A DNA stretch of 47,292 nt from Emiliania huxleyi CCMP1516 (taxonomy: Eukaryota). The number at the start of each line of letters is the position of its first letter. Position 1 is the stretch's first letter. Shown in pieces: positions 11,117 to 22,349 of the stretch. The notes beneath the pieces were generated by a model. The model was not told the origin of the DNA, did no database searches, and worked only from the letters and a program-made list of their open reading frames with translations. The stretch is from the NCBI RefSeq assembly GCF_000372725.1, contig NW_005201392.1:1245184-1292475 (forward strand), in the 5' to 3' direction. The position numbers and the translations under genes are program-made.

Positions 11117-11869
11117 CTATTCCTCCTCCTCCTCCTCGTCCTCGTCCTCGTCCTCCTTGTCCTCCTCCTCGTCGTTCACTCCCCATTCCGCGCAGTCGCA
11201 GCAGCAGTGCCGGTGGTACCCACATCCTCCGCAGGTGGAGTTGCAGCTCCGGTGGTACATCTTGTGGCAGCTGGAGCACGCCTGTCCAACGCCCTTGTGC
11301 CCGCCAGCGGCATCAGGGTTGAAGACGCCGCATCCTCGGCACTGCCACATCGACAGCTGACCATGCTTCTCAGCAAACCAGTCGTGACGCGCCTGCTGAG
11401 AGGTCTTCGTCCACGCCTGCTCAGAGGGCCACCGCTCGATCCTGGCATCGATGAAGCACGCCTCACACGCTTGCTCCCAATCCGGCACGCGTGTCAGCCT
11501 CTCGCAAATCATGCACTTCTGCGACACGCCCAGCTGCAGCAGGTTGCGGCCGCTCACGAGCTCGAGCGAGTGCACTCGCGCTTTGTTGACACGTGCGTTC
11601 GGAAGGGAGTCGCCGATTTGAATTTCGTCGAGAAGAGCGGCCGCGACCATCTTCGGCACCGGCACTCGCAGTCTCGGCCACGCCGCCTCCACCGCAGCCT
11701 TGTGCGCCTTGTTCAAGACGGCAGCTCGCGAGAGGAAGTGCGCATCGCCCTGCGCTGCCATGCCGTTGAAAATGGACTCGCAGAGGTCGGTTGGGAGGTC
11801 GGTCAGTCCAAGCGGATGAGCCTCCGCGTACGCGACTCGGACGGCGCGGCGCGTCAGGACCTGCCCCAT
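11117..11869 (-). CDS. Intronless protein with F-box-like N-terminus, multiple CxxC clusters and an acidic tail
   Basis: Starts MGQVLT. LTDLPTDLCESIF...LSRAAVLNKAHK resembles an F-box. Contains CMIC, CEAC, CRGC, CSSC, CGGC and CCCDC, then a poly-E/D tail. Confidence 0.6.
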   Translation of the reverse strand: MGQVLTRRAVRVAYAEAHPLGLTDLPTDLCESIFNGMAAQGDAHFLSRAAVLNKAHKAAVEAAWPRLRVPVPKMVAAALLDEIQIGDSLPNARVNKARVHSLELVSGRNLLQLGVSQKCMICERLTRVPDWEQACEACFIDARIERWPSEQAWTKTSQQARHDWFAEKHGQLSMWQCRGCGVFNPDAAGGHKGVGQACSSCHKMYHRSCNSTCGGCGYHRHCCCDCAEWGVNDEEEDKEDEDEDEEEEEE

Positions 11870-12760
11870 TTCTTGCAAGACTAGCAGGTTGGCTCGCTAG
11901 TCGCTCGCCGGGCCCGCGCAGCACGCGCGGGCCTTTTTTGTGGTTGATAAAGTGGCACCTTCGACATTGCACTTGGAGCACTTGGAGTGCCGATTCCGTT
12001 TCTCGAGGTTCTCGAGGTTTTCTTTATAGGAGAGAGAGTTGTATTGTCTAAATTCTTTATGCTGTCCTCCTATTTTTACTATTTAGGATTCCTAAGCTTA
12101 AAGGCCCGCTAAACGCGCGAGGCGGTGGCGGCGGTGGTGCGGGGGATTGGCAGGGGAGGCGGCGGGATTGACAGGGGATGGGGCGGCCACGAGCGGAGCG
12201 GCGGCGAGAGGGGGGGCGGCGGCGAGGGCGCGAGGCGCCAACGAGCGAGGAGCCCGCGCCATCAGAGGGACGCGCCGCTGCGAGATGGAGGGCGGCGGTG
12301 ACGGAGGCAAGGCGCGAGGCGGCGGCGGCGGCGGCGGCGGCGGCGGAGGCGGCGGCGGCGGCGGCGGCGGCGAGAACGGCGGCACCGAGTTGTACGGCGG
12401 CACGTCGTTCCTGGCGCTGGTGGTTTGAGGTCGGCATCGTCCAGAGTTCGGTCGACGAGTCGAGAGCTTCAGCTGGCCGAGGGTGCCACCTTTGTGCTCT
12501 TTGTGCACGAAATGGGAAATATATCTCTTTGATCTGAATTCTCTCTGCCGCCATCCCATCCCCCCCCCCCCAAACCGGTTGCCTGTCCGGTTGCGCTTTT
12601 GTGTGCTCGCGGGGGAGGAGGACAGGGTCCGTTGTAAAAAGAAAGAAAAAAGACCAGAGAGGTGTAGGGAGGCGGGAAAAGCCAAAAAAGCCGTCAAAAA
12701 AGCTCTCTCTCTCAAAAAGCCGGCCAGCCTCCCGTTACGCGATTGCTCGCGAAGCGCAGC

Positions 12761-13135
12761 ATGATGCGCGGCCAGCGTGGGAGCAGGTCGGCGCCGACGC
12801 TGCCAGAACTAAGACGAGACCGCGACCGACGGCGGGCCGTGCTGGCGAGCATCCGCGCTGCTGACGACGGGCTCGAGACTGCCCTTGAGAGCGACGAGAT
12901 CCTCGCATGCTTTGAAGAGGCGCTCGGCGAACGGCAGCCAGATATGGGAACGGATGCTGCAGCAGGGCGAGAGGCGAACGCCGAGAGTGCGGAGGCCGCA
13001 CCGCGACTGGAGGCTGCAGCAGAGCACAGCAGAGGGAACATTGCCCTCTTCCTCTTCTTGGAGGTGTCACGGTCCTCTGGGCGTTCATCTGCCTCTCGAG
13101 CGGCCGCGTCGCAATCACACTCGCCGCCGTCTTAA
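12761..13135 (+). CDS. Hypothetical protein
   Basis: ATG-initiated ~124-aa ORF with plausible helical composition, followed by an AT-rich 3' region. No family recognised. Confidence 0.25.
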   Translation: MMRGQRGSRSAPTLPELRRDRDRRRAVLASIRAADDGLETALESDEILACFEEALGERQPDMGTDAAAGREANAESAEAAPRLEAAAEHSRGNIALFLFLEVSRSSGRSSASRAAASQSHSPPS

Positions 13136-13224
13136 TCCCTCGGTGTATTATTATTAACAACGAAGGCGCTCTCAAGAAAAAGACAAGAAAGACGAGTCTC
13201 GAGTGCGGGGCTGGGCCCTGGGGC

Positions 13225-13396
13225 CGTCAGGCTGTCAGGTGCTGTCACAGGCGGTGCTGTCAGACGCTGTCGGAGCTGTCAGAGCTGTCAAGCCGCTGCT
13301 GCGGAGCTGACCGCCTGTCAGAGACGTAGGGCCGGTGCTGTCAGGTGCTGTCAGGTGGTGCTGTCGGGGTGGCGGGTGCTGTCAGGGGAGGCCTGC
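13225..13396. repeat. Cluster of (g)ctgtca motifs, probably the subterminal array of a DNA transposon end
   Basis: About 10 ctgtc(a) copies, ending in ...ggggaggcctg. No matching partner end or TSD found. Confidence 0.55.
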
Positions 13397-13631
13397 GTTG
13401 CCTGCGTTATCCCTCCTCCTCCGCGACTCCCTCAAGGCCGGCCGAGCCTCTTTCCACCCAGTGAAGAGCTTCCTCAGCCACTCGATGTGTTCCTCTCTCT
13501 TCATTATGCGCGCCGTAGCCTCATCGTTGAGCTGGATCCTCTGCACCGCTCCCGTCGCCGCCTCGGCCACGACTTGCAAGTTCCTCGTGACCCCGGCGCC
13601 AAGGTCCCTCCGGCTCTTCTCCGAGAGATCA

Positions 13632-14232
13632 TCTACCAGCGCCGGCAACACCCCCCCGCGACGGCTGGGGCTAGTGCATCGTACTTCGTACCCGTCCTCC
13701 ATCCAGCACCCTACACGCTATAGCGTCAGGCTATGACTTTTTGCCGAAAATAAAAGGGATAAAAAGCGGTATCCGGTAAGCGCCAGCCCCGAGGCAGAGC
13801 CCGCAGCCGCCGCGAATAATGACGCACACACGCACACACCGATATGGGGCGCGCCAAACCCATTCTCCCATTTGACAATGCACAGGAAATGCTCGCGCAT
13901 GTGTGCGATGTGCGTTCATGCCTCTGACACACACATACCCCAGCCACACTTATGACACTTATCACCCCAATGAACACGCCAGTGAGGGAGGGCGAGACGA
14001 TCGAGGGGTCCCGTACCACGCGGAATCGACCCTATCCAGTGCTCAAGTGCTCAAGAGGAGACCGCAGCCAGTGAGAGTAGATCCACACCGCAGGGTTCCG
14101 GCTCCTACCCGGATAGGGGGTCTGTTGGCACTGACTCGCGCCAAAACGCCCTACCTACCTACCTATCCCCAGGCCGCGCAGCGAAGCGAAAAAAGATGAA
14201 AATAGGCGGTACCTACCTATTGCAGGGCCCTT
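13632..14232 (+). repeat. Segment duplicated in inverted orientation at 18864-19494
   Basis: Reverse-complement match with scattered substitutions. Confidence 0.9.
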
Positions 14233-14339
14233 TTGGGCCAAACACGACCAACCTACCTACCTATCTGGGAGGGGCCAGCCAGTGTGCAGACCCCCTATCC
14301 GGGTAGGAGCCGGAACCCGGCCCCCCCCCCGGAACCCTG
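14091..14339. mobile_element. MITE-like element with CAGGG ends
   Basis: 32-bp perfect inverted repeat at 14092-14123 / 14287-14318. Outer ends cagggttcc / ggaaccctg. Internal cctaccta motifs. No TSD seen. Confidence 0.7.
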
Positions 14340-14356
14340 CTCGCGGCGGAAAAGCC

Positions 14357-16873
14357 ATGAAGGTCGCCATCGTCGGCGGCGGGATCACTGGCGCGTCTGC
14401 AGCTTCCAGCCTGGCAGGCTATGGCATTGAGGTCACCGTCTTTGACCAAGGCGGCCGTGGGCCTGGCGGGCGGGCGTCCCACCGGCGGGTCGATGCGGCG
14501 TCGGGCACGGTCGGCCCTGACGATTCGTTGCTCGCGCCCGAGGACGACTCGACGTACGAGTTTGACCACGGCTGCCAGTTCTTTCGAGCGGACTCGCCGC
14601 AGATGCGTGCGATCACCGAGCGGTGGGTGGAGGCGGGCTGGGCGAGCCGCTGGGAGGGGCGGTTTGGTCGCCTTGGCCGCGGCGCCGACAGCCGCGGCTC
14701 CAACGACTTTGCTGCGGCGCCCGACTTCTTTGGCGTGCCTGGGAGTGAGGGCCCGGTGTACACGGGCGTCGGTGGGATGCACCGGCTGCCCCGCGCCATC
14801 CTCGCCGCGTCGGGCGCCTCTGTGCGGCGCGGCGTCCGTGTGTCTTCCGTGGCGCCTGCGGCGGGAGGCGGGTGGGCGCTGCGTGGCACCGGCGGGCTGG
14901 CTGCGCTGCACGACACCGCCAACTCGATCGCCGACGGCGTCGACGACGCGCCGCTCGGGGTCTTCGACGCGGTGCTGCTCACGGACGCGTCTCAGTCGCT
15001 CGGCGGCTGGCACCGCGCCTCTGCGGGGCTGGCTGCCGGCACGGGCAGCGCGGAGGCGGTCGGGCGCGTGCGGCACCGCGTGCGGGTGCCGCTCTTCTCC
15101 GCCATCGTCGCGCTCTCGCACCCGATCGGCGAAGCGGTCGGACTCGACGCCTTCACCGTCAGCGGAGGCGGCTCTCCCCTCTGGTTCGCGGCGAGGTCGC
15201 AGTCCAAGCCGGGCGTGCCACGCGGGGCGGCAGAGTGCTGGACCCTGGTCTCGACGGCGGACTACGCGGTCCGACAGATACAGGAGACGCCGATGCAGTC
15301 GCCCTCGGGCGCGTTTCGGCCGCAGGAGGACTCGTACCTCCTCTCCGAGCCCGGGCCGGCCCTCTTCGACGCCCTCCTCGCCGCCGTCGCCCCCCGCCTC
15401 GCCGCAGCAAGTGTCCCGCTACCCGCAGCCGTCTACATGCACGCGCAGCGGTGGGGCTCCGCCCTACCCTCTCCCGCCTCCGTCTTTGGACGCGACGCGG
15501 ACGGCGCGCACAAGCCGCTCGGCTCGGCCGCCTCCGAGGCGGTGGAGGTGTGCGGGATCCGATACGCGCCCCGGCTGCCCCCGCTGGTGTACGACCCTCC
15601 CGCGCGGACGATCGGGCAAGGGCCGGCCGAGGAGCTCCGTGCCATCGAGGGCGTCGATGACGGCGGGAGTCCAGACGCCGACGCCGCCGACGCGATTGAG
15701 TGCGGCGGCGGCCTCTTCTACGCGGGCGACTTTTGCTCTCGCCGCAACCCCGGCTTCGAAGCAGCGGCACTCTCCGGCGCCGCGGCGGCGGCGCTCCTCC
15801 TCCAACGCCGCGGCGAGTCTCTCGAGGACGTGTCCAGGAAGGGTCTAGGAAGTGTCTCTCGAGGAGGCGAGTCTGCCTCGGCGACTCTGCCGCGCCCCGC
15901 CGTCGCAACGTCGCTGGCAGCGGCTCGCGCGGCGGCCGACCGGCTCGGCGAGGCGGCGGAGGCGGCGGGGGCGACGCGCGGGCTCAACCTGCAGCCGGCC
16001 GGGCGGGGCCGCTTCCGCGGCGAGCGTGCGCGCGTCTTCGAGACGGCGGCCGGCGTGCGGCTCGTGTACCAGCTCTCCCTCCGCGCGAGGACGCCGATCC
16101 TCCTCCTCGGAGGCGGGCAGAGCGGTCGCGCGCTCGCCTGCACGACGCCCTGCGGCGCGGAGCACGCGGCGTGGGCGGGCCACACGGTGCTGCTCGTCGA
16201 CCGTACCAATTGCGGCTCGAGTGACGTGGCGTACCGCGGCGGCGCAGAAGTGGACGAGCAGGCGGCCGATCTCGCCGAGCTGCTCGACGCGATCGCCGCC
16301 GCCGCGCCGCCGCCGTGGGTCTTTGTGGGCCACTCGAGCGGCGGCCGGCTGCTCGGCCGCCTCGCCGCCCGCCGCCCTGACCTCGCCTGCGGCCTCGCCC
16401 TGTTGATCCTCACCGGCGGCCCAGCCGCGGCGGACGGCATCGGCAGGCAGTACTACACCCGCCACGCCGGCGTCGCGCGCGGAGGGATGGATGCCCTCCT
16501 CGCGCAGGGCTTCTACGCGGAGCGGGCCGCGGCCAACGAGCGGGTCGCCGAAACGCTGCGAGCCATGCCGCCGCCCGCCTTCCTCGCAGCGATGGAGGCG
16601 TCCGCCCGCCTCCTCTCCGACAGCCGCGCCGAGCCTGCGCTCGGCCTCCCGGCGGCGGACCTCCGCCGGCTGGGGAACACGCTCCCGATCTTTGTCTGCA
16701 ACTACTACGGCGACGGCGAGCACGACGGCATGCACACCGCCTCCACCAGCCGCGCGGTGGCGGCCGCCGCGGGCGCGAGTTGCGAGCTGGTCATCTCGAA
16801 AGACGTACAGGTGTGGCTGCCCGCCCTGGCCGCGTTTGTCGGGCGGGTCTCGGCCGAGGTGCTAGCGGCGTGA
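14357..16873 (+). CDS. Renalase-like flavoprotein fused to an alpha/beta hydrolase
   Basis: N-terminal part: MKVAIVGGGITG, FDQGGRGPGGRASHR, FDHGCQFF, QRWGSALP, YAGDFC and GFEAAALSG. C-terminal part: DRTNCGSS, nucleophile elbow GHSSGG and DGMH, all in one open frame. Confidence 0.88.
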   Translation: MKVAIVGGGITGASAASSLAGYGIEVTVFDQGGRGPGGRASHRRVDAASGTVGPDDSLLAPEDDSTYEFDHGCQFFRADSPQMRAITERWVEAGWASRWEGRFGRLGRGADSRGSNDFAAAPDFFGVPGSEGPVYTGVGGMHRLPRAILAASGASVRRGVRVSSVAPAAGGGWALRGTGGLAALHDTANSIADGVDDAPLGVFDAVLLTDASQSLGGWHRASAGLAAGTGSAEAVGRVRHRVRVPLFSAIVALSHPIGEAVGLDAFTVSGGGSPLWFAARSQSKPGVPRGAAECWTLVSTADYAVRQIQETPMQSPSGAFRPQEDSYLLSEPGPALFDALLAAVAPRLAAASVPLPAAVYMHAQRWGSALPSPASVFGRDADGAHKPLGSAASEAVEVCGIRYAPRLPPLVYDPPARTIGQGPAEELRAIEGVDDGGSPDADAADAIECGGGLFYAGDFCSRRNPGFEAAALSGAAAAALLLQRRGESLEDVSRKGLGSVSRGGESASATLPRPAVATSLAAARAAADRLGEAAEAAGATRGLNLQPAGRGRFRGERARVFETAAGVRLVYQLSLRARTPILLLGGGQSGRALACTTPCGAEHAAWAGHTVLLVDRTNCGSSDVAYRGGAEVDEQAADLAELLDAIAAAAPPPWVFVGHSSGGRLLGRLAARRPDLACGLALLILTGGPAAADGIGRQYYTRHAGVARGGMDALLAQGFYAERAAANERVAETLRAMPPPAFLAAMEASARLLSDSRAEPALGLPAADLRRLGNTLPIFVCNYYGDGEHDGMHTASTSRAVAAAAGASCELVISKDVQVWLPALAAFVGRVSAEVLAA

Positions 16874-17849
16874 GAGCATCGAGCGCCCGCGCCGCATTGT
16901 TGTTTCAGTGTCACACACACGACATTCACACCGGTATAACCCAAATTTCAACGAATGACAGGAAGTTTGTCGTATAAGTTTCTCGATTCGGGGCTTTTTG
17001 TTTTCCTTGCAACCTAGCTGCTAAAGTATACGCTCTAGGGGTTCCCCCATGGCCATGCCAGGTCCCAGGAGTTTCGGGGGGGCAGCAATCGCAAACCCTG
17101 CCCGGCCCCTAGCGCCCCCCAGTTAAGGCCCAGGTGTGGCCTAGGCTAGGGCATCAGAAGGGACCAAGAGGAGTCCAGTCTGAGCCATAGAGCCCATGTG
17201 GATGCCATGTCTTTGCCCCCGAAGGTCGCGTTCAAAGTCAGTCAGTCAGTCACAGTCAGTCAGTGTTTACACACGTCCCGCTAGCATGGACGACGGGGGG
17301 CACACGCACTCGCGGAACGCAGGGCATTACACACGAGGCGTTGTGTGCGTTCTCAGGGAAAGGCATCACCAATACTTTTGTCTGGTCGCGTTCAAATGCC
17401 CGGAGAAAACCCCACGGTGCACGCGGACGTTAGAGTACACACATTACAAGCGTCTCAGAGTCTCAGTGGTGTCCGGCCGGCGCGATCACCGAGCTGTGAC
17501 GCTCAGGGAAGCCTGATGAGGTGCTGATTTCTATGCCCAGAGGGCTGGCCTTCGGCCCCCAGGCTGGATCAGCTGAGCAAGGTTTGGGGGGAGAATCCCC
17601 CGGTCAGATCTTTCAGATATTTTGACGGGGAGAACGGGAGATGTGGGACCGAATTACGAGAAATGCGGGGCAGGAAAAACGCGGTGATGTCAAAAATGTG
17701 GTGCTTGCGCACAACGCAACGGCGTGTGAGAGAGCATCTCAGCATGATGTGATGGGAATCACAGAAAATGAAGAAAATGAGCTTCGAGCCGCCGGGCGGG
17801 GAGTGCGCCCGCCGTGGCGCACGACTCTTGCGACTATAATCTACCTCTT

Positions 17850-20800
17850 CTACCTAGCGCTTGGCGGCGTTGATCGCGACCTCGCTCTGGGGGACTCCCT
17901 CGGCGCGGCAGCGAAGGCTCGGTGGTCGGTGACTGTGTGGTAGGCACGCTGCACCCTCATGAAGCGGTTCTCCGCCTCTCGCCTCGCCTCAGGGGAAGCG
18001 CCGCGAATCTTGTCGGGGTGCAGCTGCAGCGAGAGCTGCCGGTACGCGGCCTTGACCTCCTTGGCCGAGTACCAGCTCGCCGGTCGCGAGGAGAGGCCCA
18101 ACTCCTACCGCCATGCACTACCAGACGTCAGGGGGCCGCACGCGGCATCGCGCGGTGTATTCAGAGCACCGCGTGGACGCGAGGGCCACGAATACGGCTG
18201 GAGACACTTGGGCCAGTGCCTCCTCGCGCTGCTGGTCGGAATACGCGGATCTGTCTGCCGCATCTAGGCCTAGAGATATGGGGAGATGGGGGGAGATGGG
18301 GGGGGATACGGAGCGGTCTTCCGCATCTCAGCTAGCGCCTTGTAGGCGTCGCCCAGCGAGAAGCCCACGCGTGCCCACCGAGTGCCGCCAACATCCCAGT
18401 CGAAGCACCTGATCGCGCGCCGGCCAGCTGGTGAGGACGACACGCAATCTCGCCGAGATCTCGGCGGCGGGGGTGGGTGTGAGAGGGGGGGTGGGGGGTC
18501 GCGCTTGTTGATCGAGTCGGGAAGCACGCAAAGCCGCTCGAACGAGCGGCCTGCCAGCGCCTGCAGCGGCTGCTTGACGCAGATGGGCTCGGCCTGGCGC
18601 CGCCATCCCCAGGAGTACAGCCTACCGCGCCGCCGCGTGAGAGTCAAGAGCACCCAGGAGGGGGGTATGGGTGGGTGGAGGGGGGGGGGGGGGGGGGTTT
18701 TTTCAGGGAAACTTCTACCGCCCCCAAAAAGGGGGAAAATTTTAAAGAAAGGGGGGGGGGGGGNNNNNNNNNNNNNNNNNNNNNNNNNNNNNNNNNNNNN
18801 NNNNNNNNNNNNNNNNNNNNNNNNNNNNNNNNNNNNNNNNNNNNNNNNNNNNNNNNNNNNNNNAAGGGCCCTGCAATAGGTAGGTACCGCTATTTTCATC
18901 TTTTTTCGCTTCGCTGCGCGGCCTGGGGATAGGTAGGTAGGTAGGGCGTTTTGGCGCGAGTCAGTGCCAACAGACCCCCTATCCGGGTAGGAGCCGGAAC
19001 CCTGCGGTGTGGATCTACTCTCACTGGCTGCGGTCTCCTCTTGAGCACTTGAGCACTGGATAGGGTCGATTCCGCGTGGTACGGGACCCCTCGATCGTCT
19101 CGCCCTCCCTCACTGGCGTGTTCATTGGGGTGATAAGTGTCATANNNNNNNNNNNNNNNNNNNNNNNNNNNNNNNNNNNNNNNNNNNNNNNNNNNNNNNN
19201 NNNNNNNNNNNNNNNNNNNNNNNNNNNNNNNNNNNNNNNNNNNNNNNNNNNNNNNNNNNAGAATGGGTTTGGCGCGCCCCATATCGGTGTGGCGGTGTGT
19301 GCGTCATTATTCGCGGGGGCTGCGGGGTCTGCCTCGGGGATGGCGCTTACCGGATACCGCTTTTTATCCCTTTTATTTTCGGCAAAAAGTCATAGCCTGA
19401 CGCTATAGCGTGTAGGGTGCTGGATGGAGGACGGGTACGAAGTACGATGCACTAGCCCCAGCCGTCGCGGGGGGGTGTTGCCGGCGGTGGTAGACAGACT
19501 ATTGCGGGGCTGCAGCAAACGACCTCTGCACTGGGCATCGCGCCCGACGCCACCGCGCCCGCCTGCAGGACGGCTCCAGGAACGGTCTAGGAACGGTCTA
19601 GGAACGGTCTAGGACAGGCATCGCGCCCGACGCCACCGCCGCCCGCCTGCGCGACCATCATCAGCGGGTAATCTCGGGTAATCTCGGGTAATCTCGAGTA
19701 ATCTCGCCTGCGCGACCATCATCAGCGCGGCGGCGGCGAGGGCGAGGGCGGCGCGGCGCGGCGGCGTGGCGGCGGGGCCGAGCTCGAGGGCGGCGCCGAG
19801 GCCGAGCAGCTGCAGCGCCGACCGGAGCCGGATCCAACGCCCGGCCGGAATCAGCACGGCCGGCAGGGAGAGCCTGTGTCGCGCATACGCCCACAGATGA
19901 GGGCGGGGAGACGGCACTGTGCGGGGCACTCGGAGCAGCGCGTGAGTACGAGGGGGGTACGAGTGCAGTGAGGACAGCGGAATACGGCCGCGTGCGGCGG
20001 AATGCAGCGGAGTGCGTGTCCTCTCGAGCGCTAGTCGGGATTCAAGAGTCCGTGCTCCGCTCCTAGCAAGGAGAGCCTGTGTCACGAGGGCCCCAGAGTC
20101 GGGGGAGAAGAGGGAGGAGGTGGGAGCGTCTCACCACAGCTCAGGTCAGGTGGAAGGCTAGGACAGTGCCGGACTTGCAATCTAGACTTGCAATCTAGAG
20201 GGGGGTGTTGGTGCAGCCGCCGAGGGCGGTGGCGGCGAGGGCGGTGGCGGCGAGGGCGGTAGCGGCGAGGGCGGTGGCGGCGAGGGTGGTGGCGGCGAGG
20301 GCGGTGGCGGCGAGGGTGGAGGCGAGGGCGGCGGTGGTGAGAGCGGAGAAGGAGAGGGTGGAGGCGACGAGGGCGGCGCGGCGGTGACGACGGTGGCGGG
20401 GGCGAGGGAAGGCAGCGCCGCGGCCGTGTGCTCAGGCCCTCGCGAGAGTACATTCGGTGCGAGTGGCAGCGGGACGCAGTGGAGAGCAGGGAGATGCAGC
20501 CGAGGAGTCGTGCCTCCCTCTCGAGTGCTGGCCGGCGCATGGCCGGGTCTGTCTCAAGCTTCTAGGCGGAATACACTAGGCGGCCTCCGGTGGTGCGCCG
20601 ATGTGTGTGTGCTAGAGTGCGCCAGTCCACGCCCTCGTCGTGCCAGTGCGCTGTGAGAGAGAGGGTTGGCTTCTAAGAGTCTCTAGGCTGCGCGCGCCAA
20701 GCGCAGGCGACGCACTGCAGCGCGCCAAAGAGCAGCGCGAGGGCAGCCCCCCCGCAGAAGGCGGCGGCGCGGCAGAGAGCGGCAGCGAGCGCGCGTGCGA

Positions 20801-21558
20801 GGGACGCGTCCTCGCGGCTCGTCTCGTCCACCGCGGCCGCATCGCCCTCCTCCTCGACGCCGCCCTCGCCTGCGGCCCCCGGCGCGAGCGAGAGGCGCAG
20901 CGCTTGCGCGCGGAGAGGCAGCGAGATGCCGTCGTAGAGCCAGCCCAGGCCAAGGTAGTTGAGGGTGAGGCAGGCGCGGAGCGCCGCGCGCGGCCGGCCG
21001 AGGTACACGTGGTGGAGGCCTGCCGCCCGCGGCCACCGTGAGAGGCGTTCTGTGTGTTCTTTCGCCGAGGAGAGGAGCGGAGAGGGTGCGGAGTGCGCAC
21101 CGAGGAGGCCGAAGAAGAACCACAGCGTGTACGCCTTGAGAGCGAGGAGGGCACCACCCGCCGTATCCATCACACCGCCCTTCGTCCACCAGGAGCGCAC
21201 GGTTTCCGAAACGGCTCCGACATTTGCGGCGGCCGCGCTGCCCGATAGTCGGAGTGCGCCTGTGAGGCCGGAATTTATGACCTTTGAAAAGTGTGCTGCG
21301 AGGCGCAGGCCGGCAAAGCTGTGAGTGCTGCTGGGATGTCGACGCGTCTTGATCGATGGAGGAGGTACGGCTGACGGAGAGATGAAGCTGCTCTCGGGAG
21401 TGTGCAGCAGAGGGGGTTCGGACGAACGCACCCATCTCCGCGAGAGCGCGCCCGTCGACCGCGAGCAGCGTGGGCTGTCTCCGCACGCCGCGCCCTGGGG
21501 ATTGGTCCGGTGCGCCGTCGGCAAGCAGAGCGACAAGTAGCAGCGCCCGGAGCGCCAT
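17850..21558 (-). CDS. DNAJC22/Wurst-like protein: signal peptide, TM2 domain, membrane region and C-terminal J domain; repeat-filled introns and gaps
   Basis: TM2 domain AYTLWFFFGLLG/LHHVYLGRPRAALRACLTLNYLGLGWLYD (~20930-21140). J domain EVKAAYRQLSLQLHPDK...FMRVQRAYHTV (17850-18104) on the same strand. Joining the two is inferred from the known DNAJC22 architecture. Confidence 0.7.
18864..19494 (-). repeat. Inverted copy of 13632-14232 inside the J-protein gene
   Basis: Reverse-complement match, interrupted by an N gap. Confidence 0.85.
20218..20335. repeat. 15-bp tandem repeat (cgagggcggtggcgg)n, Pro/Ser-rich on the minus strand
   Basis: About 7 units visible. Confidence 0.85.
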
Positions 21559-21940
21559 CGAGGTAGCGTTCCTCATTGGTTCAGCCTGGATTCGGTACAG
21601 TACTTCATTGGTACACCACTGCTCGTTCTCAGCGCAGCGCTCTTGCATTCACACCCGCACAGCACCCTGAGGTATTTTTATGTTCCCCCACCCGGGTGGG
21701 GGAATTTTATATTTAGCAATATGAGCCGCCGTCCCCACTCGAACTCGAGTCCGCCGACCGCTATAGGTCGAGCGGGGAGAGAGGCGCTGCCTCCACGGCG
21801 GGGACGGAGGCGACACCTCCGTCCCCACCGCCATTGGTTCGAGCGGCAAGCCTTAGGTAGAGTGGGGACGGAGACGTGGAAAAGCGTGCTTGTGAGTGGA
21901 AGCCACAAGCGCGCTGGCTCCGGTCGTTTGTAAATGACGC

Positions 21941-22349
21941 CAGAGGCCGGGCCGACTGGCGGACCTGCATGCCCACAGCCATGCCCCCCACTCCCCACCC
22001 GCTTGGATCGATCAGCTGACAGCTCCACCAGCTCCCACCACCGCGTGTCGTGTCATGAAGCATGATAGATAGGCTTTAGAAAGCATGAACCATCGAAAGG
22101 TCTGATCTCCAAAAAGAGCTGTCGGCCTGCCGCGCGCGCCCGCGCCCCGCCCCTTTTGCGCAGCAAAACCTTAAACTTCATGGCCCTCCAAATTCGGGTC
22201 GGAGCGTAGCGGAGTGGGACCCGAGTTTGAAAAAGGCGACGGACGCTTGCGTCCTAGCCTCCAACAACGCCTCCCCGGCGCAGAGGGCCCCCGGAGGGAT
22301 GCACAACCGCTCCACGCCACGCCGCTTGCGGCGGTCCTATTCCCAGCTC
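21941..22349 (+). repeat. Dispersed repeat family A, copy 2
   Basis: Matches 6262-6583 and 37448-37654. Confidence 0.85.

Noticed and set aside
2470..16873. Biosynthetic gene cluster (CHI, PLA2, oxidoreductases, hydrolase)
   Set aside because: There is no scaffold-forming enzyme and no evidence of co-regulation. Proximity alone is insufficient.
17500..17560. Hammerhead ribozyme at ctgatgag
   Set aside because: No stem II followed by GAAA, and no matching cleavage-site helices could be built.
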